DNA from: Macrostomum hystrix | Taxonomy: Eukaryota; Animalia; Platyhelminthes | NCBI GenBank assembly: GCA_950097015.1 | Contig: CATNEN010000028.1 | Coordinates: forward strand, 1-64,000 | Direction: 5' to 3' | DNA: 64,000 nt | Shown here: one piece after another, positions 50,603-62,345 of the stretch | How the letters are laid out: the number at the start of each line of letters is the position of its first letter | How positions within the stretch are numbered: the first letter of the stretch is position 1 | Notes under the pieces: model-generated | What the model saw: only the letters and a program-made list of their open reading frames with translations | Database searches by the model: none | What the model was told of the DNA's origin: nothing | Position numbers and translations under genes: made by a program

Positions 50603-50942
50603 ATGGCTATCGGGATGGGTTCCGTATGGCTATCAGGATGGGTTCCATATGGCTATCAGGATGGGTTCCGTATGGCTATCAGGATGGGTTCCGTATGGCT
50701 ATCAGGATGGGTTCCGTATGGCTATCAGGATGTGTTCCGTATGGCTATCAGGATGGGTTCCGTATGGCTATCAGGATGGGTTCCGTATGGCTAGCAGGAT
50801 GTGTTCCGTATGGCTATCAGGATGTGTTCCGTATGGCTATCAAGATGGGTTCCGTATGGCTATCGGGATGGGTTCCGTATGGCTATCAGGATGGGTTCCG
50901 TATGGCTATCAGGATGGGTTCCGTATGGCTATCAGGATGGGA
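50603..50942. repeat. 23-bp minisatellite, ~15 copies
   Basis: ggctatcaggatgggttccgtat. Confidence 0.93.
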
Positions 50943-50975
50943 TAAAATTAATCGGAATCAATCTAAAATAAGCAT

Positions 50976-53900
50976 CTAGCAATCAGCAGCAGCAGCAGTG
51001 GGGTACAGAAAATCGGCCCTCAGAAACACCCTTTCAACGGCCTCCACTTCAGCCGGCTCACTGGCTTCACCATTGTCTCCTATTCGCTTAGCAGGCTGGC
51101 AGCCGAATCTCCAGCAAACCAGCAGGTGGCCACGGGTGCCGGTAGCCAGTAGCAGCAGCGGCTGCCGACTGTCCGGTGTGTCGTCCAGGCCGGTGTCAAA
51201 CCAGCGCGGAGCCGCCCAGGGCACAGGCAGGGGCACGCAGAGAGACTCAAGCAGTACAGTCTGCAGCAGGCTGGTTAGGCCGGCCACAGCCAGGGGCCGA
51301 GGCCAGCCGGGCCGATAGAGAGCCACGCTGAGACCCAAACTGGCCGACATGCCAAGAATGGTGAACAGCTTGGAGCCGTAAGCGCATAGGAGGACGTCCT
51401 GGCAAGGGGCAGCCATTGTAAAGGCAAGTATTATTCTAGGAAACGTAAAATGCAGTTCCGGAAATTTAAAACGGCGATTCTTAGAAATCTAAATAGCAAT
51501 TCGCAATTAATGCGATTGCGATTCTTAGAAATTTACAATGGCGATTCTTAAAAATTCAAATAGCGATTCTTAGAAATTTACAATGGCGATTCTTAGAAAT
51601 CCGAATAGCAATTCGCATTAAATCCAATTCCGATTCTTAGAAATTCAAATGGCGATTCTTAGAAATTCAAATAGCGATTCTTAGAAATTAAAAGGGTGAT
51701 TCTTAAAAATTCAAATAGCGATTCTTAGAAATTTACAATGGCGATTCTTAGAAATCCGAATAGCAGTTCGCATTAAATCCAATTCTGATTCTTAGAAATT
51801 CAAATGGCGATTCTTAGAAATTAAAAATGGCGATTCTTAGAAATTAAAATTGAGATTATTAGAAATTGAAATGGCGATTCTGTGAAATTTAAATGGCGAT
51901 TCTTAGAAATCAAATGGCGATTAGTAGAAATTCAAATGGCGATTCTGAGAAATCCAAATTGTGCTTCTTAGAAATTCAAATGGCGATTCTTAGAAATCAA
52001 ATGGCGATTCGTAGAAATTCAAATGGTGATTCTTAGACATTCATGGTGATTCTAAGAAATAAAAAATTGCGTTTTTAAGAAATGTAAAATAGCGATTTTT
52101 ATAAGAAAGAATAAGAATACATATATTTGAAATTTAAATGGCGATTCTTAAAATTCTAATAACAAAATGTAACTCACCTCCGATTGAAACGGGCTCTTGT
52201 ATTCTGCAGACTCCTCCACAAGCAGTTTGGCAACCCCGTCGCTATAAATGACTAGGCGGTGCCTAAAAACGCACAGCTTTGTCAGCTCCTCTTCAACTAT
52301 CGCCATGGTAACCAGCTGGCAATGGGACTTAGAGGCTGAGACACAATCTGGGCGCTCATTCCATCTCAGGAAGCCTTTCAAAGGTCTAGGCCAGGCGATG
52401 CGGTCGCCAACTCGCAGACTTTTACAGCCGGCTTCAATCAGTGTCAAAATAGATTCCCGTCTAGTTAGGGCCACGTAGAACTGACGAGTGCCTCCATCTG
52501 GCCGACCAGCCTTCTGGCCCATCGATAGCAGGCGATTTCGACGATAAAGGTCGCCCATATCGGCCTGTAGCGTCACAGCCGCGTGCGGCACCTGAAGCGT
52601 TGGCGGAGGCGGAGGCAACTGCGACGATGACGAGGGCGGCTGCTTAGGGCGAGGCGGCAGCGACCAGAGCAGCAGACGGTTGAGACTGGTGAGCAGCAGT
52701 ACCTGAGACGGGGTGGCAGCCGAGTGTCTATTTAGTTTTTATTTCATTTAATGCGTCCAACGCATCATTTGAATTGTATAAAGACTTGTAGATTAGGCTA
52801 TTCCTCTAGGTTTTTAGACTGCTCCATACTGTCTGCAGGCTGCTTCAAACTGTCTGTGGACAGCTCGAAACTGTCTGTGGACTACTCTAAAAAGTCAAAA
52901 CGGACTGCTCTAAGCTGTCTGTTGTCTACTCCAAACTGTCTACAAGCAGCTCTAAATAGTCTTTAAACGGCTGTAAACTGTCTGCAGACTGCAATAAGGC
53001 GACAATATGGACAGTTACCCAAGCCAACTCACTCACCTGCACCCTGCCGCATTCGCCGCACAAATGCCCAGCCGTAGCCGACACTCTCTCGCCGTCAGTC
53101 AGTCGAATGAAGGCGAACGGCGTAGTCTCAACCGATCGGCCGACAACAGTAGCCGCTGCTTCGGCTAGAGACACGACCGCGTGTAGGCCGCTGTCGACTG
53201 GCGAGGCCACAAGCACGGCGAGGTTAGAATCTCGGCAGTAGCCGTTCGCCCTGGCGTTGGCGTTGGCCCGACCGGCCGGGGCAAAGCCGCGAACGTGTAG
53301 ACGACGGAATCGGACGAGCTGGGTTGACGGCTCGAAATAGTCCAACAGCAGCTCGGCATCGGCGCTGCTGAATGGATTCGAGTGCACCGTCTGACGGATG
53401 ACGGAGGGGTTTTAAATGTAAGGCGGACTAAAGCGGACTTTAAACTAACAAATGGTACTCGAGTTTTAACAAAGTGGCACTAGGATTTTAACAAAATGGC
53501 ACTAGGAGTTTAACAAAATGGCACTAGGATTTTAACAAAATGGCACTCGGATTTTAACAAATGGCACTCGGATTTTAGCAAAATGGCACTAGGATTTTTA
53601 AAACCTGGTAGGGATGTTATGAAATTTTGATTTCGATTTATCTGAATTTCGGAACTTTTGTCGTAGGCAAATTTTGATATAAAAATAATTTCGAAAATGA
53701 GAATCTCGAACCCTTCTAATTCAAAAAATTTTTAGCGATCAGGTCTTAATTAATTAACAACTTTTTTATCTAAATTGAAAACGACAACGCACTCGTTAAT
53801 GCATATAGCTACAAATAGGGCAGTTGGAAGAGTTGAATCGAAATTTGATTTCGATTGGAAAATAATTTGATAAAAACGAAATTTATAAAATCTCTGGTAA

Positions 53901-55504
53901 AAGTTAAAAGCAAGTCTCAGACAATTCCAGCACAAAGTTACAAAGGTTATTCCCAGTTGTTGCTAAGCCTTATTTAGAATTGTTCAACCACTCCTTAGTC
54001 TGCGCATTTGCGCAATATTCATCATTTTTTTAAAACGCCAAAATTAAAAGTAAAAGCTGCAACAGTTAACATGCAAAGCCAAGTCATAGTCATAGTAAAA
54101 ATTGTGCTTCGATAGTTAAAAATAAAATTTTTGAAAACTGCAGAGGAAAACGAACTGCTATTAAGAATACGTTTTGAACTTGCAGTCGCCAAAAGTCAGA
54201 TAGTCTATATCGCCCTAGGAAATACAGGCCAAGCAGAGCGTGTCAGATAAGAACCATAAAGAAAGTCACAAATAAATAATGCGCCCACACACACATGCCT
54301 GTGCGTCATTAGCGAGGTTTTGCGAGACTTCCCACGAATCGAACAAATAGTCAAACTAATAGTTTAATATCTATCGTTCTAGAATATTTACTAAGTAAAT
54401 AAGTATTTATTCACTACTCCCTACTGTGAGTAGGCAAAAAGGTCTGTTAAGTACAGTGTGGTCGAATTTCAACGATTTGGGATTTGAAGCATGACTTTGA
54501 AGAATAGGGATTTGATGAATGGGATTCTAGCCTGATTGGGATTACAGCATACTGTGACTTTAGAGAATAGGGATTTGATGAAAGGGATTCTAGCCTGACT
54601 GGGATTACAGCATACTGTGACTTTAGAGAATAGGGATTTTAGGAATGGGATTCTAGCCTGATTGGGATTACAGCATACTGTGACTTTAGAGAATAGGGAT
54701 TTTAGGAATTGGATTCTAGCATGATTGGGATTGCGGCAAATTGTGAATTTAGAGAATATGGATTTTAGGAATGGGATTCTAGCCGGATTGGGATTGCGGC
54801 AAATTGTGAATTTAGAGAATAGGGATTTTAGGAATGGGATTCTAGCCGGATTGGGATAACGGCAAATTGGGATTTCCATGATTTGTGATTTCACCAAAAG
54901 GCCGATCGGGATGTCATCGTATTAGGATTTCAGCGAATCGGAATTTACTAGTACTCACAAGACCAACCAGAACTCGTTCCTGGTCTTCAGCAGTGTTGCT
55001 ATCGTCGCATTGTGCATCGAGGTCCGGCCCGAATGCGACTTCGGTGCAGGCCAGGTAACTCTCGCCAATGAGTCGTTGAACACGACACCTGGCCAAATTA
55101 TTACTGGATGGAATTCCTGACGATTCCATTGCGCTATAGTCACGATCATCCTCATCATCAAGACCAATGCCACGACAATGAGCTGATGGATCCTGCAGTC
55201 CCAGACGTCTGCCCATCCTTAGCCAGACCCGATTGTCGTCATCGATTCGGCCGCGCCAGCGACGACAGACCAGCCGACAGGCAGCCAGGTCTGACGGTGC
55301 CAACAGGTCCAGGAGTCGATCTTGCAGCTCTGCTGGTAGGCGGCTGCCACACAATGGATCCAACAGGAGACTTAGTCTGGCTGTGCAGGCATCGATCAGA
55401 TGCTGCAGGCCCATTGGAGATAATTGTTCGACCATTGGCAGTGCCACAGACAGCAATGCTGCGTCTGTGGCGCCACTGCTATTAAACTGCTGATTTGTGT
55501 CTGG
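50976..55504 (-). CDS. F-box protein, ~615 aa; exons 55504-54959, 53390-53037, 52702-52178, 51398-50976
   Basis: F-box DPLCGSRLPAELQDRLLDLLAPSDLAACRLVCRRWRGRIDDDNRVW. All three introns are phase 0 with gtgagt donors and cag acceptors, giving a continuous frame to TAG at 50976. First in-exon ATG at 55435. Confidence 0.8.
51460..52150. repeat. Degenerate ~22-bp intronic minisatellite
   Basis: gcgattcttagaaattcaaatg variants fill F-box intron 3. Confidence 0.85.
53450..53600. repeat. Short ~22-bp intronic tandem repeat
   Basis: aacaaaatggcact(a/c)ggatttt x~6. Confidence 0.85.
54490..54870. repeat. 63-bp intronic tandem repeat, ~6 copies
   Basis: gggattctagc(c)tgattgggatt...tttagagaatagggattt; 21-aa period in the spurious ORF 54469-54897. 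Confidence 0.85.
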
Positions 55505-57425
55505 CTGTGGATATATATACAAGTATAATATGCAAGCAGTCCTACTATTAGTAGAAACAATGTAATTTATGTCCAGTAACTAGTTTTTTTACTTTTCTGT
55601 ATCACATTTAAATCTGTGTGTATTTCATATTGCATTCCACTTATTATAGTGTATTTTGCATTTTTTTCTTTCAATTTTTATGCATTCAGTCTGTTATTCT
55701 GTATTAGGTCTAATGTATGAATGTTGGAATGTGTTGTGTCTATTGTTATACTGTATGTTGAGTCCTTCACATATTCAAATGCTTATTGCCCTGTATTATT
55801 AAGCTTCAAGCTATATATGTGTGCATATAACATTATGAGTAGAGAAAACATTTAGAAATATTGTGATTGTGTTTTAAAATATTTAGAGAATAGTATTTGC
55901 TAGTTAAATAGAATAAAGATTAATTTATGACCATAAGAAAATAGCATTTTTGACCATAGAACATTATATTACAAGTAAGAACTAGAATTAATGAAATTTA
56001 TTATTAGGCTCATAGACTCAGCACAAGCAACTCTTGGTTACTCTTAGTAAGTCAGACAGTATTTTTCTACTATTGTCTACTAGTTAGATAATTGAAATGA
56101 TCCACAATGTAGTGAACAAACTTGTTACTTCATTAATCAAGATTTCAATTTTGTGTTGGCTAACTCATTTTAGTTATAAATATAAATTGCAACACTTGAC
56201 TTTTCTAATCAGCAATCTGTTTTCCTATGATATTTTTCACTATACCAACTTTAGATATATGTAATGCAACCCAACTAGTATATAGACCTAGTTCAGACAT
56301 AGTCTTGAAAATTGACAACTAGGCCTACATTAAACTTTTAATATTGGATTTTAGTAACAGAGCAATATGTAGTGGCAAGGGATGGGATGGGTGGATTGAT
56401 ATAGTCATATTGTTGCTGTTTAGCTTCTTTGGCTTTGTATTGTGTGAGTCTGTGACAATAATTATCATCATTAGCTAGGACTAGGTCATAGCAGGGACCT
56501 ATCAAATAAAATAATTGTTATAGCTTTGGGAAAATTAGGCTTACACAATTTGTTCCTCGCAAATTGAAATATTAGGGAAACAAGTTAGGAAAACATGATC
56601 AGTAAAAGTAGGCCTAATAAACATTCAACATGTTAGAGTGATCAAGCTCAAGCTGTGCTCTTGAACTATGACTCATAACCTGCGTCTGTTACAGGTCACT
56701 TTGGTAAACTGTAAAATATGTCAATACATACGGCTTCGCTGCCTGAAACGCTGTACCCTAAGATGATAGTTTTATAGGTTGGACCCGACAGTTTTACTCA
56801 ATATTTTTTGTGATGCAGGTTCTTTTCTTCTTCGTAGAAAACAAATAAAGCATTAGGTTTAAACAAACATTTCACTGCAAGCATAAAAAACTTTAGTATT
56901 TAAAATTATTTAGGCTTTAAATTAATTTTTTATATTGTTTAACACAAATTTAAACGCTTTTTATTACCATAGCTATGATTTTAAATTTTCGTGGCAATAT
57001 TGCTCACTGTATCACCATCTATTTCATGTCGCCAGTTGCATCTCATCCCACATCTTTTTTGTATGAGCCTTTGCTACATGCGTTAAAAAACTTGACGCAG
57101 GTGGCCACTATGGTTATTATAGGGGAAGGGCCGAAGTCTGACAAAATGGGGCATGTATAAAGCGCGAATAATTAAAAATCGTAATCCACCGCTGAAATTT
57201 AAAGCAAATGTATTTAAAATATACTGTATATCAGATATCCAACGACCAGTTCTTAATAATAAAGTCGAAATATAGCGATGAGCGTATCGAGTGGGAATAT
57301 TAATTGTTGGCTTCATTAATTCTTGCGGCAGTATTGCATAAGAAGCGTTGTGCTTGTCGTGTCTCTAATTATACAAGCAGTCATGTTGCCCACGCATTCA
57401 TGCTTTTGCCACGCGTCAGTTGGCT

Positions 57426-57746
57426 TCAAAAGTGAGTCACCGGCTCAGTCTGCAGGCCGGTCACCTCCAGTGGCTTTTGAATGCTGTTTCCATCTTCACC
57501 AACTGGCAGCGGCTGAAACATGCGCAGGTGAACAAACTCCGAGTTGCCGATTCGCACCTTCACAAAGTAATTGGTGCCGGCCACCACCTGGGAGGCGATG
57601 AGAACCGGTTCGAACCGGTCCACCGAACGGCCCAGCCGAGTTTCAACGCTGGCTCTTGTGTCGATTAGAAGGGCTAAATCCTCTTCCGTTGGCGTTCTCG
57701 GCTTGCTGATTCCGCCGGGATATTGCTGCTGCTCGTTGCCAGCCAT
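57426..57746 (-). CDS. Type 1 cystatin (stefin / cystatin-A/B family), 106 aa
   Basis: N-terminal PGG, QVVAGTNYFVKV, FVHLRMFQPLP, C-terminal THF; no signal peptide. The ATG at 57746 lies just after an acceptor (cacag, 57758-57760), so the ORF-track start at 57773 is probably not used. Confidence 0.93.
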   Translation of the reverse strand: MAGNEQQQYPGGISKPRTPTEEDLALLIDTRASVETRLGRSVDRFEPVLIASQVVAGTNYFVKVRIGNSEFVHLRMFQPLPVGEDGNSIQKPLEVTGLQTEPVTHF

Positions 57747-57794
57747 GGTCGCGTCGCCTGTGAAGAGATGCAACGTATCGGATTGTCAGAGGAA

Positions 57795-58243
57795 AGATGA
57801 GAAACGTGAGAGATGAGAAACGGGAGAGATGAGAAACGGGAGAGATGAGAAACGGGAGAGATGAGAAACGGGAGAGATGAGAAACGGGAGAGATGTGACA
57901 ACGGGAGAGATGAGACACGGGAGAGATGAGACACGGGAGAGATGTGACAACGGGAGAGATGAGACACGGGAGAGATGAGACAACGGGAAAGATGAAACAC
58001 TGGAGAGGTGAGACACGGGAGAGATGTGACAACGGGAGAGATGAGAAACGGGAGAGATGAGACACGGGAGATATGAGACACGGGAGAGATGTGACAACGG
58101 GAGAGATGAGACACGGGAGAGATGAGACACGGGAGAGATGTGACAACGGGAGAGATGTGACAACGGGAGAGATGAGACACGGGAGAGATGAGACACGGGA
58201 GAGATGAGACACGGGAGAGATGAGACACGGGAGAGATGAGACA
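57795..58243. repeat. 16/17-bp purine-rich minisatellite, ~27 copies
   Basis: acgggagagatgagac / acgggagagatgtgaca. Confidence 0.92.
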
Positions 58244-59379
58244 TCTCTAGCTCAATTTAGTAGGCCGGATCTAGCTCAACGCATCGAAGACCCCTGTACT
58301 TTAGTGGCAATAACATTTTGACCATGGCTCAGACAAAAGGCTCATGGAATTCAGACATCAAACTTATGCCTTACATCGGGAAGAAGTGGAAAAACTATTT
58401 TAAAAATGTTAGATTCCGTAATTAAAAATATCGTTCCTTAACTTCTAAAGAAAGCTAGTACAATTAAGAGATATACATTAAATTTGCCTGCTTCAAACAA
58501 ACAGCGTGGCCTAATAGAATTTTTTAAGCAAACATAAACCAAACTCACTGACTTACCTGTCAAAAGTCTGCTTGAAGCCAATAATAACTGTTTAATCGAT
58601 TGAATATAGACTTGTGCTGTGAAAGGTTGCAGAAAATCTTGCCTTATTTATGCGCTTTTTAGGCTAAAGCGATTCAGTACAGCTAGGCAGCCTAAAGCTA
58701 TTATCAATTGTTTGCATCTCGTTGGCGCAGATTCAAGCAAGTGGGAATGCCCACGAGTCTTACGTGTGCAGCGTTGTCTCAATTGGCGAAATTTTTGTTT
58801 TTCAATCCGCACACGATTTTAGCCGCATGCTTGATGGACCGACTTGAACAGTTAGATTAAAGTTTCACCGAGGAGGACATCCGGTAATATTGCAGTTATC
58901 ATATTGACAACTGTAATTACGAAGTAAATCACATTCAATTTAACTAAATAAGGTCATTTTAGTTTTAAACATTTCACCATTTTGTTGTTAATTGGCACGC
59001 AGTGAATTTGAGAAATTGGATCTAATCCACAAGATGCTAAAGTTGCTAACAGTCATGCAGCTGCTTTCCAATTCATTTTGAATTTGGTTTTCCGCTAATC
59101 TGCAGATGGCAAGCGCAAATTTTATGAAATCAGAAGCAGCATTGGCTTCTGTTGTACGGAGATTAAAATTCATAGAAATTATAATCCTCCGAGCCTTTGC
59201 AATTTTTTTCCTACCTTTGTGCTCTAAGCCAGTGGATAATATGTTGACTAGAAAAGTGCAATCATTTCCAATAAATTTTCACTGCCAAAAAGCCAGAAAA
59301 TGTAAAAAAAATTTCCTGTTTACGACGATTTCGGCAGTACTGAGTTTTAAAGAGATTATCGACTATATACGAGCTTAGC

Positions 59380-59810
59380 ATGCATCCATTCCATTCCATC
59401 CATTCCATCCATTCCATCCATTCCATCTATCCATCCATTCCATCCATTCCATCCATTCCATCAATTCCATCTATCCATCCATTCCATCCATTCCATCCAT
59501 TCCATCCATTCCATCTATCCATCCATTCCATCCATTCCATCTATCCATCTATCCATCCATTCCATCCATTCCATCTATCCATCCATTCCATCCATTCCAT
59601 CCATTCCATCCATTCCATCCATTCCATCCATTCCATCCATTCCATCTATCCATCCATTCCATCCATTCCATCCATTCCATCCATTCCATCCATTCCATCC
59701 ATTCTATCTATCCATCTATCCATCCATTCCATCCATTCCATCCATTCCATCCATTCCATCCATTCCATCCATTCCATCTATCCATCCATTCCATCCGTTC
59801 CATCCATTTC
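59380..59810. repeat. CCATT/CCAT/CTAT compound microsatellite
   Basis: (ccattccat)n with ctat interruptions. Confidence 0.93.
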
Positions 59811-59824
59811 TCCAACCCTATTAT

Positions 59825-61215
59825 TCCCCCATTCCCAATCTTATCTACTCCCTGTCTCATGCGTTCCCAATCTTATCTACTCCCTGTCTCATGCATTCCC
59901 CAATCTTATCTACTCCCTGTCTCATGCATTCCCCAATCTTATCTACTCCCTGTCTCATGCAATCCCCTATCTTATCTACTCCCTGTCTCATGCATTCGCC
60001 TCTTATTTACTCCCTGTCTCATGCATCCCAATCTTATCTACTCCCTGTCTCATACATTCCCAATCTTATCTACTCCCTGTCTCATGCATTCCCCAATCTT
60101 ATCTACTCGCTGTCTCATGCATTCCCCAATCTTATCTACTCCCTGTCTCATGCATTCCCAATCTTATCTCCTCCCTGTCTCATGCATTCCCCACTCTTAT
60201 CTACTCGATGTCTCATGCATTCCCCAATCTTATCTACTCCCTGTCTCATGCGTTCCCAATCTTATCTACTCCCTGTCTCATGCATTCCCCAATCTTATCT
60301 ACTCGCTGTCTCATGCATTCCCCAATCTTATCTACTCCCTGTCTCATGCGTTCCCAATCTTATCTACTCCCTGTCTCATGCATTCCCCAATCTTATCTAC
60401 TCCCTGTCTCATGCATTCCCCAATCTTATCTACTCCCTGTCTCATGCAATCCCCTATCTTATCTACTCCCTGTCTCATGCATTCCCCAATCTTATCTACT
60501 CCCTGTCTCATACATCCCCAATCTTATCTACTCGCTGTCTCATGCATTCCCCAATCTTATCTACTCGCTGTCTCATGCATTCCCCAATCTTATCTACTCC
60601 CTGTCTCATGCGTTCCCAATCTTATCTACTCCCTGTCTCAAGCATTCCCCAATCTTATCTACTCCCTGTCTCATACATCCCCAATCTTATCTACTCCCTG
60701 TCTCATGCATCCCCAATCTTATCTACTCCCTGTCTTATGCATTCCCCTATCTTATCTACTCCCTGTCTCATACATCCCCAATCTTATCTACTCCCTGTCT
60801 CATACATCCCCAATCTTTTCTACTCCCTGTCTCATACATCCCCAATCTTATCTACTCCCTGTCTCATACATCCCCAATCTTATCTACTCCCTGTCTCATG
60901 CATTCCCCAATCTTATCTACTCGCTGTCTCATGCGTTCCCAATCTTATCTACTCCCTGTCTCATGCATTCCCCAATCTTATCTACTCCCTGTCTCATACA
61001 TCCCCAATCTTATCTACTCCCTGTCTCATACATCCCCAATCTTATCTACTCCCTGTCTCATACATCCCCAATCTTATCTACTCCCTGTCTCATGCATTCC
61101 CCAATCTTATCTACTCCCTGTCTCATACATCCCCAATCTTATCTACTCCCTGTCTCATGCAATCCCCAATCTTATCTACTCCCTGTCTCATGCATTCGCC
61201 TCTTATCTACTCCTC
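59825..61215. repeat. 31-33-bp minisatellite, ~43 copies
   Basis: ccccaatcttatctactccctgtctcatgcatt with short length variants. Confidence 0.94.
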
Positions 61216-61769
61216 CCATATTTTCCATCCCTTAGAGAATCTTGAAATCCTTAAAATCGACTGCGGACCGGCGAATTTTGATTCAAACAATGACATTTGA
61301 AGCATCGCCAGCTGATAAGTACTGTTATTTTCTTGTTTATTTCCACGCCTCTAGATTTTCGCGCCGATAAAGCATGCAGTGCCCTCTCAGATTTCTGGCA
61401 GCATTGGGGCACAGCTGACTGGCTGCCTCGCCGAAAGCGCGATTTGGCATTAATATCAGCGAGCAGTCAACTGAAACTGATACCCGCGGACACATCTTTT
61501 GGACGAGACCGCGCGAGGTAATGAAATAGGGGCGGCGGTGGGAGATCAGACAGAAGTGCGCGAATAAGAAGTCTGCTTTCATATGCTCAGGATCATATCA
61601 TCCACTTCACTAGTGATGCAAACGTACGTAAACAGAATGCGCATATACCTTTGCAGGTTATGTGGCATTGCTTATCCAAGTGCGAAATGAAGACCTCACT
61701 TTTTTGCCATGTCAATAAGCACTTACCTTAATTTAGCTCTCATGCTGCTCGGCGGCGAACACTGGCTTC

Positions 61770-62345
61770 CGACCAACCCCTTTCTCTAGTGTACACTAGC
61801 CAGCTGCGACCAACCCCTTTCTCCAGTGTACACTAGCCAGCTGCGACCAACCCCTTTCTCTAGTGTACACTAGCCAGCTGCGACCAACCCCTTTCTCCAG
61901 TGTACACTAGCCAGCTGCGACCAACCCCTTTCTCCAGTGTACATTAGCCTGCGACCAACCCCTTCCCAGAGCGTAAACTTGCCAACGACCAACCCCTTCC
62001 CCAGTGTACACTTGCCAGCGACCAACCCCTTCCCCAGCGTACACTTGCCAGCGACCAACCCCTTCCCCAGCGTACACTTGCCTGCGACCAACCCCTTCCC
62101 CAGCGTACACTTGCCAGCGACCAACCCCTTCCCCAGCGTACACTTGCCAGCGACCAACCCCTTCCCCAGCGTACACTTGCCTGCGACCAACCCCTTCCCC
62201 AGCGTACACTTGCCAGCGACCAACCCCTTCCCCAGCGTACACTTGCCAGCGACCAACCCCTTCCCCAGCGTACACTTGCCTGCGACCAACCCCTTCCCCA
62301 GCGTACACTTGCTTGCGACCAACCCCTTCCACCAGCGTACACTGA
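61770..62345. repeat. 37-bp then 33-bp related minisatellite
   Basis: gaccaacccctttctc(t/c)agtgtacactagccagctgc x~4, then gaccaaccccttccccagcgtacacttgccagc x~12. Confidence 0.92.

Noticed and set aside
58580-59270. Protein-like plus-strand frame broken by many stops (possible decayed gene or TE)
   Set aside because: No recognisable family motif; cannot be distinguished from random sequence without a translated search.
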